Source of the DNA: Micavibrio sp.
GTDB lineage: Bacteria; Pseudomonadota; Alphaproteobacteria; UBA2400
Assembly: GCA_040376705.1 (NCBI GenBank)
Contig: JBEIQE010000005.1
Span: 64,156-128,155 of the forward strand
DNA: 64,000 bases
Direction: 5' to 3'
The notes below the pieces were generated by a model. That model saw only the letters and a list, made by a program, of their open reading frames with translations, made no database searches and had not been told where the DNA came from. Every line of letters starts with the position of its first letter. Positions within the stretch are counted from its first letter, which is position 1. Below, one piece after another: positions 28,960-38,538 of this stretch. The translations under genes and the position numbers were made by a program.

Positions 28960-29900
28960 GTTGTAGCTCCCGACTGGTTACGCAAACCGTTCATGATTAC
29001 CTTCACGCGCGACAGGTAAGACGGGCATAGCTTGGTCTCGCCCAGATTGTTGGTGCTAACCAAATGCCCATGCAAGCGGCGCAGGTTACAGGCTGGTACG
29101 CCGGGGAAGCGGTGATGCTCGGCATGGTAGTTAAAGTTAAACGGCCCGAATACATAGTGTTGCAAAAAGCCAGTAGGGAAGGTCATGAGCCGCTCGGGCG
29201 GGTCGGTGAGCGTTGCATGTTCAAAGCAGGCGCGCGTGGCCGAAAGACCCGCCATGATGGTAACAATGGGCAGCAACCACAGCAGCGGGTACGCCAGCAG
29301 CGATTGCGTGATGAACGTAAGCAGAGCCAGCAGTATAAACTGCACCAGCGCCACAATCGCCCATTCCTGCAGGGCTGAACTTGCGGACTCGCTGCGGGTT
29401 TTAGCGCGCACACCTACGTCCTGCCGCGCTGCAATGATGCCAGTTAAAACGCGCTTCACGCCCAAGGCAAAAGCAACGCCAGTGTAAATACCAAACAGCC
29501 ACTTGGTGAACTGAGCGGGCGAGCCATGGTGACGGGACATGTCATAAATGCTCCACTCATAATCTTCAGGCGTTTCGAAGTGCGTGTGGTGGCGGAAGTG
29601 GTTTTTACGGGTTACGCCCAGCGGCAAACCCAAAGGTGCGAGGATGAGCCAGCGCGCGATGCGATCGTTTAATGCCAGCGTATTAAACAGGTTGCGATGC
29701 GTTGCATGGTGCCCAAGTACCGAGAGGTGATATTGCGCAATCCCGATGATAACAATGGCCAGCACCCACGAAAGCGGATGGCTGGTTGCAACAACCAGTG
29801 CAGCCGCCAAAGCAATCAGCGCCCAACAGCGGGCAATGCCCTGCCATGCCCAACCATTAGTTACCTGTGTGAAGTCGGCTGCGGGCTGCTCGGTGGTCAT
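28956..29900 (-). CDS. membrane fatty-acid desaturase/hydroxylase-family protein (three His boxes)
   Basis: HHATHRN, HFRHHTH and HAEHHRFP histidine boxes flanked by multiple TM helices. Confidence 0.8.
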   Translation of the reverse strand: MTTEQPAADFTQVTNGWAWQGIARCWALIALAAALVVATSHPLSWVLAIVIIGIAQYHLSVLGHHATHRNLFNTLALNDRIARWLILAPLGLPLGVTRKNHFRHHTHFETPEDYEWSIYDMSRHHGSPAQFTKWLFGIYTGVAFALGVKRVLTGIIAARQDVGVRAKTRSESASSALQEWAIVALVQFILLALLTFITQSLLAYPLLWLLPIVTIMAGLSATRACFEHATLTDPPERLMTFPTGFLQHYVFGPFNFNYHAEHHRFPGVPACNLRRLHGHLVSTNNLGETKLCPSYLSRVKVIMNGLRNQSGATT

Positions 29901-30919
29901 GCTGATTTGCGCCGTAAAACAAAGTCGATATTACCGGGCGTGGAGATCAGCATCTGCAGCAGAACAATCGGTGCCATCGCCAGCATAAGCAGCGCATAAG
30001 CCCGACCAGCTGTGGGGTGACACTCCTGACCACGGCTGATGGCGAGGTACTTGAGCAGGCTACCCGCCCAATTCGCTACGCTAAGTGGCGAGCCTTTAAT
30101 CGATACCACCTCAAACCCGGCGGCTTCAGCATGGCGGCGCAAGGTCTCGGGCGTGTAAAGCACCAGATGGCGCGGCACATGCCACTGCGTCCAGTAACGG
30201 CCGAACAGGCGCGCATCCCAGCTATCAATATTAGGTGTCTGGCCAATCACATGACCACCCGGGGCTAGCGCAGCATGCAGCTTCTTGAGCGCATAAACCA
30301 GATCAGGAATATGCTCGATCACATGGAACAAATGGAACACACCCACCTTACGGCCAGCCAGCACGCTGGCCAGCTCATCCTCACCCGCGAGATGCGCATC
30401 AACACCCGTAGCTTTGGCCATGCTTACAGCCTGCTCCACCACATCGGTGCCCATCAGGGTCCAGCCGGTATGCAGCTCGGCCAGCTCGCGCAGCCATGTA
30501 CCGCTGCCACAACCATAATCGAGCAGCAGTTTGCTCTCAGCCGGCATGAGCTTACGGATTGCGGCTGCCTTACGTTTGGCAAAAAAGTGGCTGGCGGTGC
30601 GGATGAGCCAGCCACGCTCAGAGAACGGCTTGAAGCAGTGATATTCGCCTGAGTAAAACACGGCAATACGCGCCTGCGGCACGCGCTCCTGCATATAAAC
30701 CGTCTGGCAGCTGTCGCATTTTACATGCTGAAAGGTCATTGCGTTATAAGGCTCGGGCAGCTGACCATAACTATCGAGGTCGAGCATTTTGGGATACAGC
30801 GGGGTCGCCTTATCGCTCCCGCACAGACAGCAGCTGGTGCGCTCCATCACGGGTGCGCTCACAACATCCTCTACCTGCTGAAAAGCCATAACAAACCCCT
30901 TTGCCTGAGGTATATCCAA
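29897..30919 (-). CDS. class-I SAM-dependent methyltransferase with N-terminal Cys4 zinc-ribbon
   Basis: CCLCGS...CDSCQTVY zinc ribbon, then LLDYGCGSGTWLREL (motif I) and ..VFHLFHVIEHIPD... 4-bp overlap with desaturase start. Confidence 0.7.
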   Translation of the reverse strand: MDIPQAKGFVMAFQQVEDVVSAPVMERTSCCLCGSDKATPLYPKMLDLDSYGQLPEPYNAMTFQHVKCDSCQTVYMQERVPQARIAVFYSGEYHCFKPFSERGWLIRTASHFFAKRKAAAIRKLMPAESKLLLDYGCGSGTWLRELAELHTGWTLMGTDVVEQAVSMAKATGVDAHLAGEDELASVLAGRKVGVFHLFHVIEHIPDLVYALKKLHAALAPGGHVIGQTPNIDSWDARLFGRYWTQWHVPRHLVLYTPETLRRHAEAAGFEVVSIKGSPLSVANWAGSLLKYLAISRGQECHPTAGRAYALLMLAMAPIVLLQMLISTPGNIDFVLRRKSA

Positions 30920-30953
30920 AGGCCCGCAGCGCGTGAAGCTTTAAAATCAGTAA

Positions 30954-31772
30954 TTAACTAATTGCCCGGTCGTGCTGCAGGCTGGGGATGGCGGCGCGGG
31001 CCTTGGCCACTTCATCCATATCCAGCTCGGCCATGATGATGCCTGGTTGTGTGCCTGCATCCTTAAGCACCTTGCCCCAGGGGTCGATGATCAGGCTGTG
31101 GCCCCAGGTCTGACGGCCACCCTCATGAAAACCGGTTTGCGCGGGGGCCAGCACATAAGCGCCATTCTCAATCGCACGGGCGCGCAGCAGCACTTCCCAA
31201 TGCGCCTCGCCAGTCGGCACCGTAAAGGCCGCCGGTACAGTAAGAATCTGCGCGCCGCCTTTTGCAAGGGCGCGGTAAAGATGTGGGAAACGTACATCAT
31301 AACAAACCGAAAGACCTACGCGTGCGCCTGCCGCATCGGCCAGCACAGCATGACTGCCTGCAGCCACGCGCTCACTCTCGCGGTGTTTCTCGCCGGTCGG
31401 CAAATCTACATCAAACAGATGCACTTTATCGTAGCGTGCATAAATGCGGCCATTGGGGCCAAACAGTACCGAGCGGTTATAGGGCAGCTTGTCAGCTGCT
31501 TTATTACGCACGCTCACCGAGCCGCACAAAAGCCATACGCCAAGGTCATGCGCGAGCGTAGTAAATGCGGCTATCGCAGGATGCTCAACTTCAATCGGCG
31601 CTTCGGCTACCGCCTTGTCTTTATCCTTGCGGATACCGCCTGTGTTCTCTGGCGTTACAATAAGCCGCGCACCCGCATCTGCTGCCTGCCGCACCAGCTT
31701 GGTTACAGCTTCGGCATGGCTGGGCCAATCCGGCCCCGCCGTAAACTGGATGCAGGCTGCGGTCAGCTTCAT
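30954..31772 (-). CDS. carbon-nitrogen hydrolase (nitrilase superfamily)
   Basis: E-K-C catalytic triad context: ..LIVTPEN.. , ..YDKVHLFD.. , ..GLSVCYDVRFP.. . Confidence 0.85.
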   Translation of the reverse strand: MKLTAACIQFTAGPDWPSHAEAVTKLVRQAADAGARLIVTPENTGGIRKDKDKAVAEAPIEVEHPAIAAFTTLAHDLGVWLLCGSVSVRNKAADKLPYNRSVLFGPNGRIYARYDKVHLFDVDLPTGEKHRESERVAAGSHAVLADAAGARVGLSVCYDVRFPHLYRALAKGGAQILTVPAAFTVPTGEAHWEVLLRARAIENGAYVLAPAQTGFHEGGRQTWGHSLIIDPWGKVLKDAGTQPGIIMAELDMDEVAKARAAIPSLQHDRAIS

Positions 31773-32026
31773 TGCGCGAGCAGCGGATCGAGCCCGCCCT
31801 TGGCATCAAGCGCGTGCAGGTCATCGCTGCCGCCAATATGCTGCCCGTTGATGAAGATTTGCGGAATGGTCTTGCGGCCACCGGTTTTGGCGAACATTTC
31901 GTCAAAACGGGCTGCGTCTTCTTTCACATTATATTCGGTAAATGCAGCGCCCTTGCGCTTGAGCAGCTCTTTGGCGCGTACGCAATAGGGGCACGAGGGG
32001 CCTGAATAAACGATAACTTCTGCCAT
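31769..32026 (-). CDS. grxC: glutaredoxin 3
   Basis: 85 aa, CPYC active site (SGPSCPYCVRAK), ..TIPQIFINGQHIGGSDDL.. . Confidence 0.92.
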   Translation of the reverse strand: MAEVIVYSGPSCPYCVRAKELLKRKGAAFTEYNVKEDAARFDEMFAKTGGRKTIPQIFINGQHIGGSDDLHALDAKGGLDPLLAQ

Positions 32027-32035
32027 GACACTCTC

Positions 32036-32809
32036 CTATAAATTCACCAGCTCAACCGCCTCAGGGGCAACCGACTGGCCTAAAAACTGCGCGGCGACTT
32101 TGGCAAAGCGCTCACGCCCATCGGTTGCCAGCAGCCGCATACTGCCAGTACCACCTAATAACTTAAGGCTGGTTAAAGACTTGGCAACTGCCTTGGCGGT
32201 GGTTTGCGCGCTATCGACCAGTATCACATCTGCCCCGATTACTTTACGGATACTGTCACTTAAGAGCGGAAAATGCGTGCAGCCCAAGACCAAAGCCTCA
32301 AGCCCCTCAGTCGCGCCCTTCAGGTAACGCGCAATGACCGCCTCAACCTCGGCTCCGCTGGTCCAGCCCTCTTCAGCCATCGCTACCAGCAAGCCTGCGG
32401 GAATGGCCTCGACCTGAGCCGCAGGATGTAGCGCATGAATAGCGCGGGTATATGCGCCCGAGCGCACGGTACCCTCGGTAGCGAGTACCAGAATCTTTTT
32501 ATACTGCGCCGCCACCTGTGCGCCGGGGCCAATCACGCCAATCACCGGCAGCTGCGGGTAAGCTGCCACCAGCGCAGGCAACGCATGGGCTGTTGCTGTG
32601 TTACAGGCTATCACCAGCGCTTTTATGTTATGCCTGAGCAGTGCAGCAGTGGCCTGCATGGCATAGGCCACTACGGTTTCGGGGCTTTTGGTACCGTAAG
32701 GCAGGCGCGCGGTATCGCCCAGATACAGCAAATCCTCATCCGGCAGTTCAGCACGCAGCGCCTTAAGCACTGTAAGCCCGCCCACACCGCTATCGAAAAC
32801 ACCAATCAT
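32036..32809 (-). CDS. murI: glutamate racemase
   Basis: MIGVFDSGVGGLTVL.. N-terminus, ..ALVIACNTA.. and ..LVLGCTHFPLL.. catalytic Cys motifs. Confidence 0.9.
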   Translation of the reverse strand: MIGVFDSGVGGLTVLKALRAELPDEDLLYLGDTARLPYGTKSPETVVAYAMQATAALLRHNIKALVIACNTATAHALPALVAAYPQLPVIGVIGPGAQVAAQYKKILVLATEGTVRSGAYTRAIHALHPAAQVEAIPAGLLVAMAEEGWTSGAEVEAVIARYLKGATEGLEALVLGCTHFPLLSDSIRKVIGADVILVDSAQTTAKAVAKSLTSLKLLGGTGSMRLLATDGRERFAKVAAQFLGQSVAPEAVELVNL

Positions 32810-33546
32810 AAAATCTGCTCCGGCTTTATAACGCGGGCCAGCGTAAGCACGCGCACTTCACTTGCACCAGCTGCCAGCAAGGTCTCGCTGCAGGCCTCCA
32901 GCGTTGCGCCTGTTGTTAGCACATCATCGACCAGCAGCACAGTTTTGCCAGCAACTGCGCCGGTTACCACAAACGCATCGCGCACATTCTTCAGGCGCTC
33001 TTCGCGCTTCATGCCCACCTGCGGGCGGGTTGAGCGCTGGCGCTGCAGCGTGAGCAACTCAACCGGAATGGTCAGTGCCTCGCCCACCGCACGCGCCAGC
33101 AGGGCAGACTGGTTATACTTGCGCCGGAGCAAGCGCCAGCGGTGCAACGGCACCGGAATGATGACATCCACCGGCAACAGCTCGCGCACGGCGCGCAGCA
33201 GCCACGGCGTAAGTGTGGGCAGCAGGTTGGTCTGGTCGCTATACTTAAAACGCCCGATGAGCTTGCGGCAGGTGTCGTCATAACTCATCGCCGTGCGCGC
33301 TTTGACATATAAAGGCGGGGCCGAGAGGCACAGAGCGCAGAGCGTCCCCGGCTCGGTCGGCAAGCCAAACGGCACACCGCAACACTCGCACCACGGGGCG
33401 GATAAAAAGCTGACCTCACGCCAGCAGGTCGAGCATAAGGCGCCGGGCTCGGCCACCACCTCGCGGCACAACCCGCAGGTGGGTGGCAGGATAAAATCCA
33501 CTGTCTGCCTGAGATATATTGCCAGACTTGTTGCAAGCTTGCTCAT
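32806..33546 (-). CDS. comF: ComF-family phosphoribosyltransferase-domain protein
   Basis: N-terminal Cys-rich zinc finger (PPTCGLC...CSTCW), C-terminal PRTase motif (VLLVDDVLTTGATL). Confidence 0.8.
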   Translation of the reverse strand: MSKLATSLAIYLRQTVDFILPPTCGLCREVVAEPGALCSTCWREVSFLSAPWCECCGVPFGLPTEPGTLCALCLSAPPLYVKARTAMSYDDTCRKLIGRFKYSDQTNLLPTLTPWLLRAVRELLPVDVIIPVPLHRWRLLRRKYNQSALLARAVGEALTIPVELLTLQRQRSTRPQVGMKREERLKNVRDAFVVTGAVAGKTVLLVDDVLTTGATLEACSETLLAAGASEVRVLTLARVIKPEQIL

Positions 33547-33566
33547 GGCAGCACATTATACGAGGC

Positions 33567-34442
33567 ATGAGCGACGCTCCACAGATATTCGACCGCCAGT
33601 TATTAGCCCAGCGCCGCACACGCGCGGCCAGCAGCTTTGCGTCTGCGCGCTTTTTGCACGAAGAAGTGGGCACACGTCTGCTCGAGCGCCTCTCCGAGAT
33701 CAAACGCAGCTTCCCGCTGGCGGTAAATCTGGGCGCGATGGATGGTCACTTAACAAAGCAGCTCATCGGCCAGAATGGCATTGAAAGCGTTGTGCAGTTC
33801 GAGCTGTGCGAAGCATTAGCCCAGCAGGGCAGCAATATTGTGGTGGCAGATGAAGAATGGCTGCCACTGGCCCCGCAAACGGTTAACCTCATCATCAGCA
33901 ACCTCGCGCTGCATTGGGTGAACGACCTGCCCGGCGCACTGGCGCAAATCCGCATGGCGCTGAAGCCGGATGGTTTGTTCATGGGGGCGATATTGGGCGG
34001 CGAGACGCTATTCGAGCTGCGCCGCTGCCTGATGGAAGCCGAGATGGCAGCGACTGGTGGCATCTCCCCGCGCCTCTCGCCCCTCACCGAAGTGCGCGAT
34101 GCCGGCGGACTTATACAACGTGTAGGTTTAGCCCTGCCGGTGGTGGACCGCGAAATGATTACGGTAACCTATGCCGACCCCATCAAACTGCTCTATGACC
34201 TGCGCGCTATGGGCGCGACTAACCTCACCCACAACCGCCCGCGCAAACCACTGACACGCACCGTGCTGATGGATGCGCTCGCGCGCTATCGTGAGCACTT
34301 CACGGTAGAAGAAGACCGCGTACAAGCCACGTTCGAAGTGATTTACCTGGCTGGCTGGGCCCCGCACGAGAGCCAGCAGAAACCCTCCCCACGCGGCAGT
34401 GCCAAGCATTCGCTGGTCGAGGCGTTGTTGCCTAAAACCTAA
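33567..34442 (+). CDS. class-I SAM-dependent methyltransferase, BioC/NDUFAF5-like
   Basis: Divergent from comF as in many alphaproteobacteria; ..NLIISNLALHWVNDLPGAL..LKPDGLFMGAILG... Start placed at internal Met (MSDAPQIF) to avoid overlap with comF; track ORF starts 33519. Confidence 0.65.
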   Translation: MSDAPQIFDRQLLAQRRTRAASSFASARFLHEEVGTRLLERLSEIKRSFPLAVNLGAMDGHLTKQLIGQNGIESVVQFELCEALAQQGSNIVVADEEWLPLAPQTVNLIISNLALHWVNDLPGALAQIRMALKPDGLFMGAILGGETLFELRRCLMEAEMAATGGISPRLSPLTEVRDAGGLIQRVGLALPVVDREMITVTYADPIKLLYDLRAMGATNLTHNRPRKPLTRTVLMDALARYREHFTVEEDRVQATFEVIYLAGWAPHESQQKPSPRGSAKHSLVEALLPKT

Positions 34443-35329
34443 TACCAACGCAGCGTGGATATAAAGTCCTTGCTTGGCTCGCATATAAAATCATCAGTGA
34501 GATTTGCATGTGGCAGCTCTTCTAAAGCATTGGTTCCGCGTAAAATTTCTGTCACTAGCGCTTTTGGCTCGAAAGCAAAACTGCGATAGGACCAATGATA
34601 AAATGATAGTCCCCCGCCAGAAGATTCAATAATCACACGTGCATGATTTTGGCCATATCTAGGGCCATAACTAAGCGTATTGCCAAAATGTGTAAGAGCC
34701 CCATCTTCCATCATTAAAAATGGAGACATCTGCCAAACCGAGCGTAATGGAGTCTTATCAGGCAACTGAACACAGAAGGCCTGACCGGCCATAGAAAAAC
34801 TATGTATGCCCGCAACAGCATAAGCTGTAACATATAAAGATGAGACTAGAACCAAACCAACAAGGCCCACAACAAGAACAATGAATATTCTATTTGCAGC
34901 CGTACGCATGCCGCGAATGTAATATGTAGCTGCTGCCAAAATTACCGCAGCCAGTATCAAGTTCGCGCCAAGCCCACTTAACACTGCCATCATGTCTGCT
35001 GCGTGGATTGTAATCCATGCAGTTACAACCCCAAAAAGCATGGCTATAGCCATAGGTGCCGTCCAGCCTTTCATTAGCGCATACCCAAGCTCCACAGCAA
35101 GCCGCAGAGTTGACCAAATCAAAGCCGAGGCGATAAAAACAAAAGTGCAAAAAAACAAGAAAGCGTTGCTGCGCTTAAATGGAAAATCTGTCAGATGCAA
35201 AGTAATGAACAAAGGCACAAACGCAAAAATTACCGCAACAAATCCCGCATAAAAAGCTTCTTTTGGAAGGCTAAGAACCAGCACTCCGACTAATACAAAG
35301 AATAAAAGCGGAAAAATCAATATTTCCAT
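34439..35329 (-). CDS. integral membrane hypothetical protein (about 6 TM + ~110-aa C-terminal soluble domain), AT-rich
   Basis: Strongly hydrophobic N-terminal two-thirds. Gene body visibly AT-richer than flanks. Confidence 0.5.
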   Translation of the reverse strand: MEILIFPLLFFVLVGVLVLSLPKEAFYAGFVAVIFAFVPLFITLHLTDFPFKRSNAFLFFCTFVFIASALIWSTLRLAVELGYALMKGWTAPMAIAMLFGVVTAWITIHAADMMAVLSGLGANLILAAVILAAATYYIRGMRTAANRIFIVLVVGLVGLVLVSSLYVTAYAVAGIHSFSMAGQAFCVQLPDKTPLRSVWQMSPFLMMEDGALTHFGNTLSYGPRYGQNHARVIIESSGGGLSFYHWSYRSFAFEPKALVTEILRGTNALEELPHANLTDDFICEPSKDFISTLRWY

Positions 35330-35334
35330 TTAAC

Positions 35335-35781
35335 TTATAACCGCTCCTGTAGCTGCGGCAGTAACGGCACTGAGCCGGGCACGAATTTGTAATCGTGGAA
35401 GTTGGCAGGACGAACCCACTTGAGCTCTTGCCCTTCCTTGCCTTGCGGGGTGCCTTCCCACATGCGGCACAAAAATACCGGCATAAGGATATGCAGGCCC
35501 AAATCGCCATAGCGGTAGCTTACAAACGTGAAGGGCAAAAAGCAGCTGGGCTTGGTGATGATGCCGAGCTCTTCATGCAGCTCGCGCGCCAGCGCCTGTT
35601 CGGGTGTTTCATTGGGCTCGAGCTTGCCGCCCGGAAATTCCCACCAGCCGGCATAAGCCTTGCCCGCCGGGCGTGAACCGATGAGCACACGGCCATCCGG
35701 ATCTATCAAAACAACCGCCGCTACCAGAACTAACGGTAGCGGCGGCGGAATTGTTACATCGATTTCAAAGCAACCTGACAA
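35335..35781 (-). CDS. mutT: NUDIX hydrolase (MutT-like 8-oxo-dGTP diphosphatase)
   Basis: Nudix box GGKLEPNETPEQALARELHEELGI. Confidence 0.8.
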   Translation of the reverse strand: MSGCFEIDVTIPPPLPLVLVAAVVLIDPDGRVLIGSRPAGKAYAGWWEFPGGKLEPNETPEQALARELHEELGIITKPSCFLPFTFVSYRYGDLGLHILMPVFLCRMWEGTPQGKEGQELKWVRPANFHDYKFVPGSVPLLPQLQERL

Positions 35782-35789
35782 GGCAGCTC

Positions 35790-36773
35790 TTACTGTGCCG
35801 GAGCCGGTGTGGCTTCGCCAGCAGCGCTCGGCGCAACCATGTTCTGCAACAACTGGTCAGGCGGCAGAGCGGGTACGCCTTCGGCAGCAACCAGTTTCAC
35901 GTTACCCTGTGCACGCAGTGTGCTGATAACGCTCTGCAGCTTTTCCTGCTGCGCACGGGCAACCAGCTGCGGCTTTACGTCTTCAAACTTAGGCGGGGTA
36001 ACCGCGCGGCGGCCCTCTACCTTGATGATGTGATAGCCAAACTGGGTCTTCACTGGTGTCTGGGTCATCTGGCCGTCAGACAGGGCGAAAGCAACCGTGC
36101 CGAACTCGGGTACCATGGCATCCTTCGAGAAGTAGTCGAGGTCGCCGCCATTGGCACCGCTGCCAGTGTCAATCGACTCGGCCTTGGCCACATCTTCAAA
36201 CTTGGCGCCATCGTTGATCTTCTTGATCAGCTCAACCGCCTTGGCTTCGTCGGCTACCAGAATGTGGCGGGCGCGAATTTCCTGCTGCCCCTTCATGCTC
36301 TCAACCATCTGGTCATACAGCGGCTTGAGGTTAGCGTCAGTATCAAGGCCCTTGAACAGGCTCTGCACATAAGCTTCCTGCACGATCTGTTCGGTGGCCA
36401 TCTTCACGGCAGCCTGAACTTCTGCTGTGCTCTGCAGATTATCCTTGGTAGCAGCCTGAATGATCAGGCGCGAGGCAACGATCTGGTCAACCAGCATCCA
36501 GAACACTTCGTCCTGCGCGGGGGCCTGCGCACCAGCGCGCTGCTTGATGGCGTTATAAAGCTGCTCAACATCGCTCTTGAGGATCATTTCGCCGCCCACA
36601 TCAGCAACCTTGGGGTTGGCTGCAGTGGCAACACGCGGGGCCGGAACAGCAGGGTCGGTTGCAGTAGCTTCGGCAATAGCCGTGGTCACAATATCATCCT
36701 TGGCGACCCAGAAACCAATACCACCAGCGACGATGGCCAATACAACAGCCGGAATTACATAACGCGATGCCAT
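35790..36773 (-). CDS. parvulin-type peptidyl-prolyl cis-trans isomerase (SurA/PpiD-like, membrane-anchored)
   Basis: N-terminal TM anchor, PpiC rotamase domain (..IRARHILV..GGDLDYFSKDAMVPEFGTVAF..GYHIIKVEGRR..). Confidence 0.8.
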   Translation of the reverse strand: MASRYVIPAVVLAIVAGGIGFWVAKDDIVTTAIAEATATDPAVPAPRVATAANPKVADVGGEMILKSDVEQLYNAIKQRAGAQAPAQDEVFWMLVDQIVASRLIIQAATKDNLQSTAEVQAAVKMATEQIVQEAYVQSLFKGLDTDANLKPLYDQMVESMKGQQEIRARHILVADEAKAVELIKKINDGAKFEDVAKAESIDTGSGANGGDLDYFSKDAMVPEFGTVAFALSDGQMTQTPVKTQFGYHIIKVEGRRAVTPPKFEDVKPQLVARAQQEKLQSVISTLRAQGNVKLVAAEGVPALPPDQLLQNMVAPSAAGEATPAPAQ

Positions 36774-36853
36774 AGAATACCCCTTACTCGAGTTGACTTA
36801 GCCCGGTTTACGCCCTAACCAACGTTCCGGCAATAGCGCCCGGAGCGAGAATT

Positions 36854-37702
36854 ATGTCGCGGCTACCTTGGTGGACTAAAATTGCGGCCAAGCTGGTTTT
36901 GGCCCGCCTGCCGCTGCCGGCCAGTTTCTGGCGGCAGGTCAAGCTGTTCCGCCATGGGGCGATGGACGATCCTGCCTATGCTTTACGCATTTTCCGCCAT
37001 CATTTTCAGCGTGCTGGCCAGTTGCAACCGGGCTGGACCTGCCTTGAGCTGGGCCCCGGCGACTCGCTACTCACCGCCCTGATTGCCAAGGCTTACGGCG
37101 CTGGCCGTGTGTGGCTGGTGGATGCCGGCGACTTTGCCTCAACCGAGGTGGCAAGCTTCCTGAAACTGGCGGATATGCTGAAGGCCGAAGGCCTGCCGGT
37201 GCCCGAAATTACCGCCGCCATGAACGTGCCTGAAGTGCTGGAGCTGTGCGATGCCACCTACCTCACGCATGGCCTCGCCAGCCTCAGGCTCATTCCGCGG
37301 CAGGGGGTAGACTTTGCCTTCTCCAACGCGGTGCTCGAGCATGTGCGTGTACATGAATTTGCCCAAACCATGGAGCAGCTGAAAATGGCAATGAAGCCCT
37401 TTGGCGTGCAGAGCCATGCGGTTGACCTGAAGGACCATCTTGCGGCATCGCTCAACAACCTGCGTTTTTCAAAAGCTGTGTGGGAGAATAACCTCTTCGC
37501 CCGCTCGGGCTTTTATACCAACCGCCTGCGCCATAGCGAGATCATGCAGGTGCTGGAGAATTGCGGCTATAAGATTGAAGAGCCAAGCCAGACCAGCTGG
37601 CCCGTATTACCTTTGCCGCGCGCCAAAATGCACGCCGACTTCCAGCGCTTTAGTGATGCCGACCATATGGTGAGCGACTTTGAGGTCGTGTTGAAGGCCT
37701 AG
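36854..37702 (+). CDS. putative class-I SAM-dependent methyltransferase
   Basis: LELGPGDSLLTALIAKAYGAGRVWLVDAGD (motifs I/II), ..FAFSNAVLEHV.. . Confidence 0.55.
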   Translation: MSRLPWWTKIAAKLVLARLPLPASFWRQVKLFRHGAMDDPAYALRIFRHHFQRAGQLQPGWTCLELGPGDSLLTALIAKAYGAGRVWLVDAGDFASTEVASFLKLADMLKAEGLPVPEITAAMNVPEVLELCDATYLTHGLASLRLIPRQGVDFAFSNAVLEHVRVHEFAQTMEQLKMAMKPFGVQSHAVDLKDHLAASLNNLRFSKAVWENNLFARSGFYTNRLRHSEIMQVLENCGYKIEEPSQTSWPVLPLPRAKMHADFQRFSDADHMVSDFEVVLKA

Positions 37703-37705
37703 CGC

Positions 37706-38299
37706 CTAAGCTGCGCGAAACCAGAAAACCACGTAATCAAAATTATCCGGGCAATCAACCGTTGCTCCATTAATCGGCGGATAGAGGAACTGGTGGTTTG
37801 AATTACCGTCTACCGATATTTGAACGTAGATCATATCCGTGCCATTCTTGGCCAATCCGGCAAACCGCCTGATGATCTGCTTGCACTCGGCCCCACTAAC
37901 CCGACTTTGCTTGCTTGGGATGGACGGCCCATTCATCGTCACATTAAAAACAGGGCAGTTGGAATAACAGGACAAGGCCGTGCGCAGAGAGACCCCAACA
38001 GGCAGCAAAGCTTCCTGATTACTGGCAATCAGCTGTGCGCCGGGCAAAAGGCCGGCACGCACTGAGGTCTGAGTTACATTCACACCAGTACTTGGTGTGG
38101 TTGGGTAGCTCTCACGCGGGTAAAGTCCGCGCGACTGCGCCGCAAAAAGAATGGCATTGGCAACAGTCGTAACGCGGTTCTGTTCGCGCACTTGAGCTGC
38201 CGCCAACCAGATACCGCCAATAACAAGACCAAGAATGCCAAGGATAATGGCTGACTCGATAAGTGAAAATGCACTACGGCTCTGAAAATTGAGGTACAT
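37706..38299 (-). CDS. prepilin-type (type IV pilin/pseudopilin-like) protein, Ala at -1
   Basis: N-terminus MYLNFQSRSA|FSLIESAIILGILGLVIGGIW: class-III signal/N-methylation motif with Glu+5. Start taken at Met24 of the track ORF (37706..38368). AT-rich. Confidence 0.6.
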   Translation of the reverse strand: MYLNFQSRSAFSLIESAIILGILGLVIGGIWLAAAQVREQNRVTTVANAILFAAQSRGLYPRESYPTTPSTGVNVTQTSVRAGLLPGAQLIASNQEALLPVGVSLRTALSCYSNCPVFNVTMNGPSIPSKQSRVSGAECKQIIRRFAGLAKNGTDMIYVQISVDGNSNHQFLYPPINGATVDCPDNFDYVVFWFRAA

Positions 38300-38538
38300 A
38301 CCACGACGATATACATAGGTTTTTCTATTACAAATCAATTTACTGGGCAGATTATGCTTTATGCACAAGACGCATCATTTTTGATCTCCAGACCCACCTA
38401 CTTACTTTGAAAGCGTCTTGGCGAACACAGGAAAGAGGTAGCTTTACGCCAAGCCATGCAGGCTTACGCAGGGTGGATTATGAAAATGCAGCAGGGTCAG
38501 GAAATCGTTACAAACGGGTGGCTAGTTGATTGACCAGT

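Noticed and set aside
30972-31988. 338-aa plus-strand ORF antisense to C-N hydrolase and grxC
   Set aside because: It overlaps two well-supported conserved genes on the other strand. Composition is typical of antisense high-GC ORFs.
32435-33283. 282-aa plus-strand ORF spanning murI/comF antisense
   Set aside because: It crosses a gene boundary on the opposite strand and is low-complexity. Artefact.
35751-36818. 355-aa plus-strand ORF antisense to the parvulin PPIase gene
   Set aside because: It completely overlaps a conserved minus-strand gene. Translation is low-complexity (Leu/Gly/Ala/Arg-rich).
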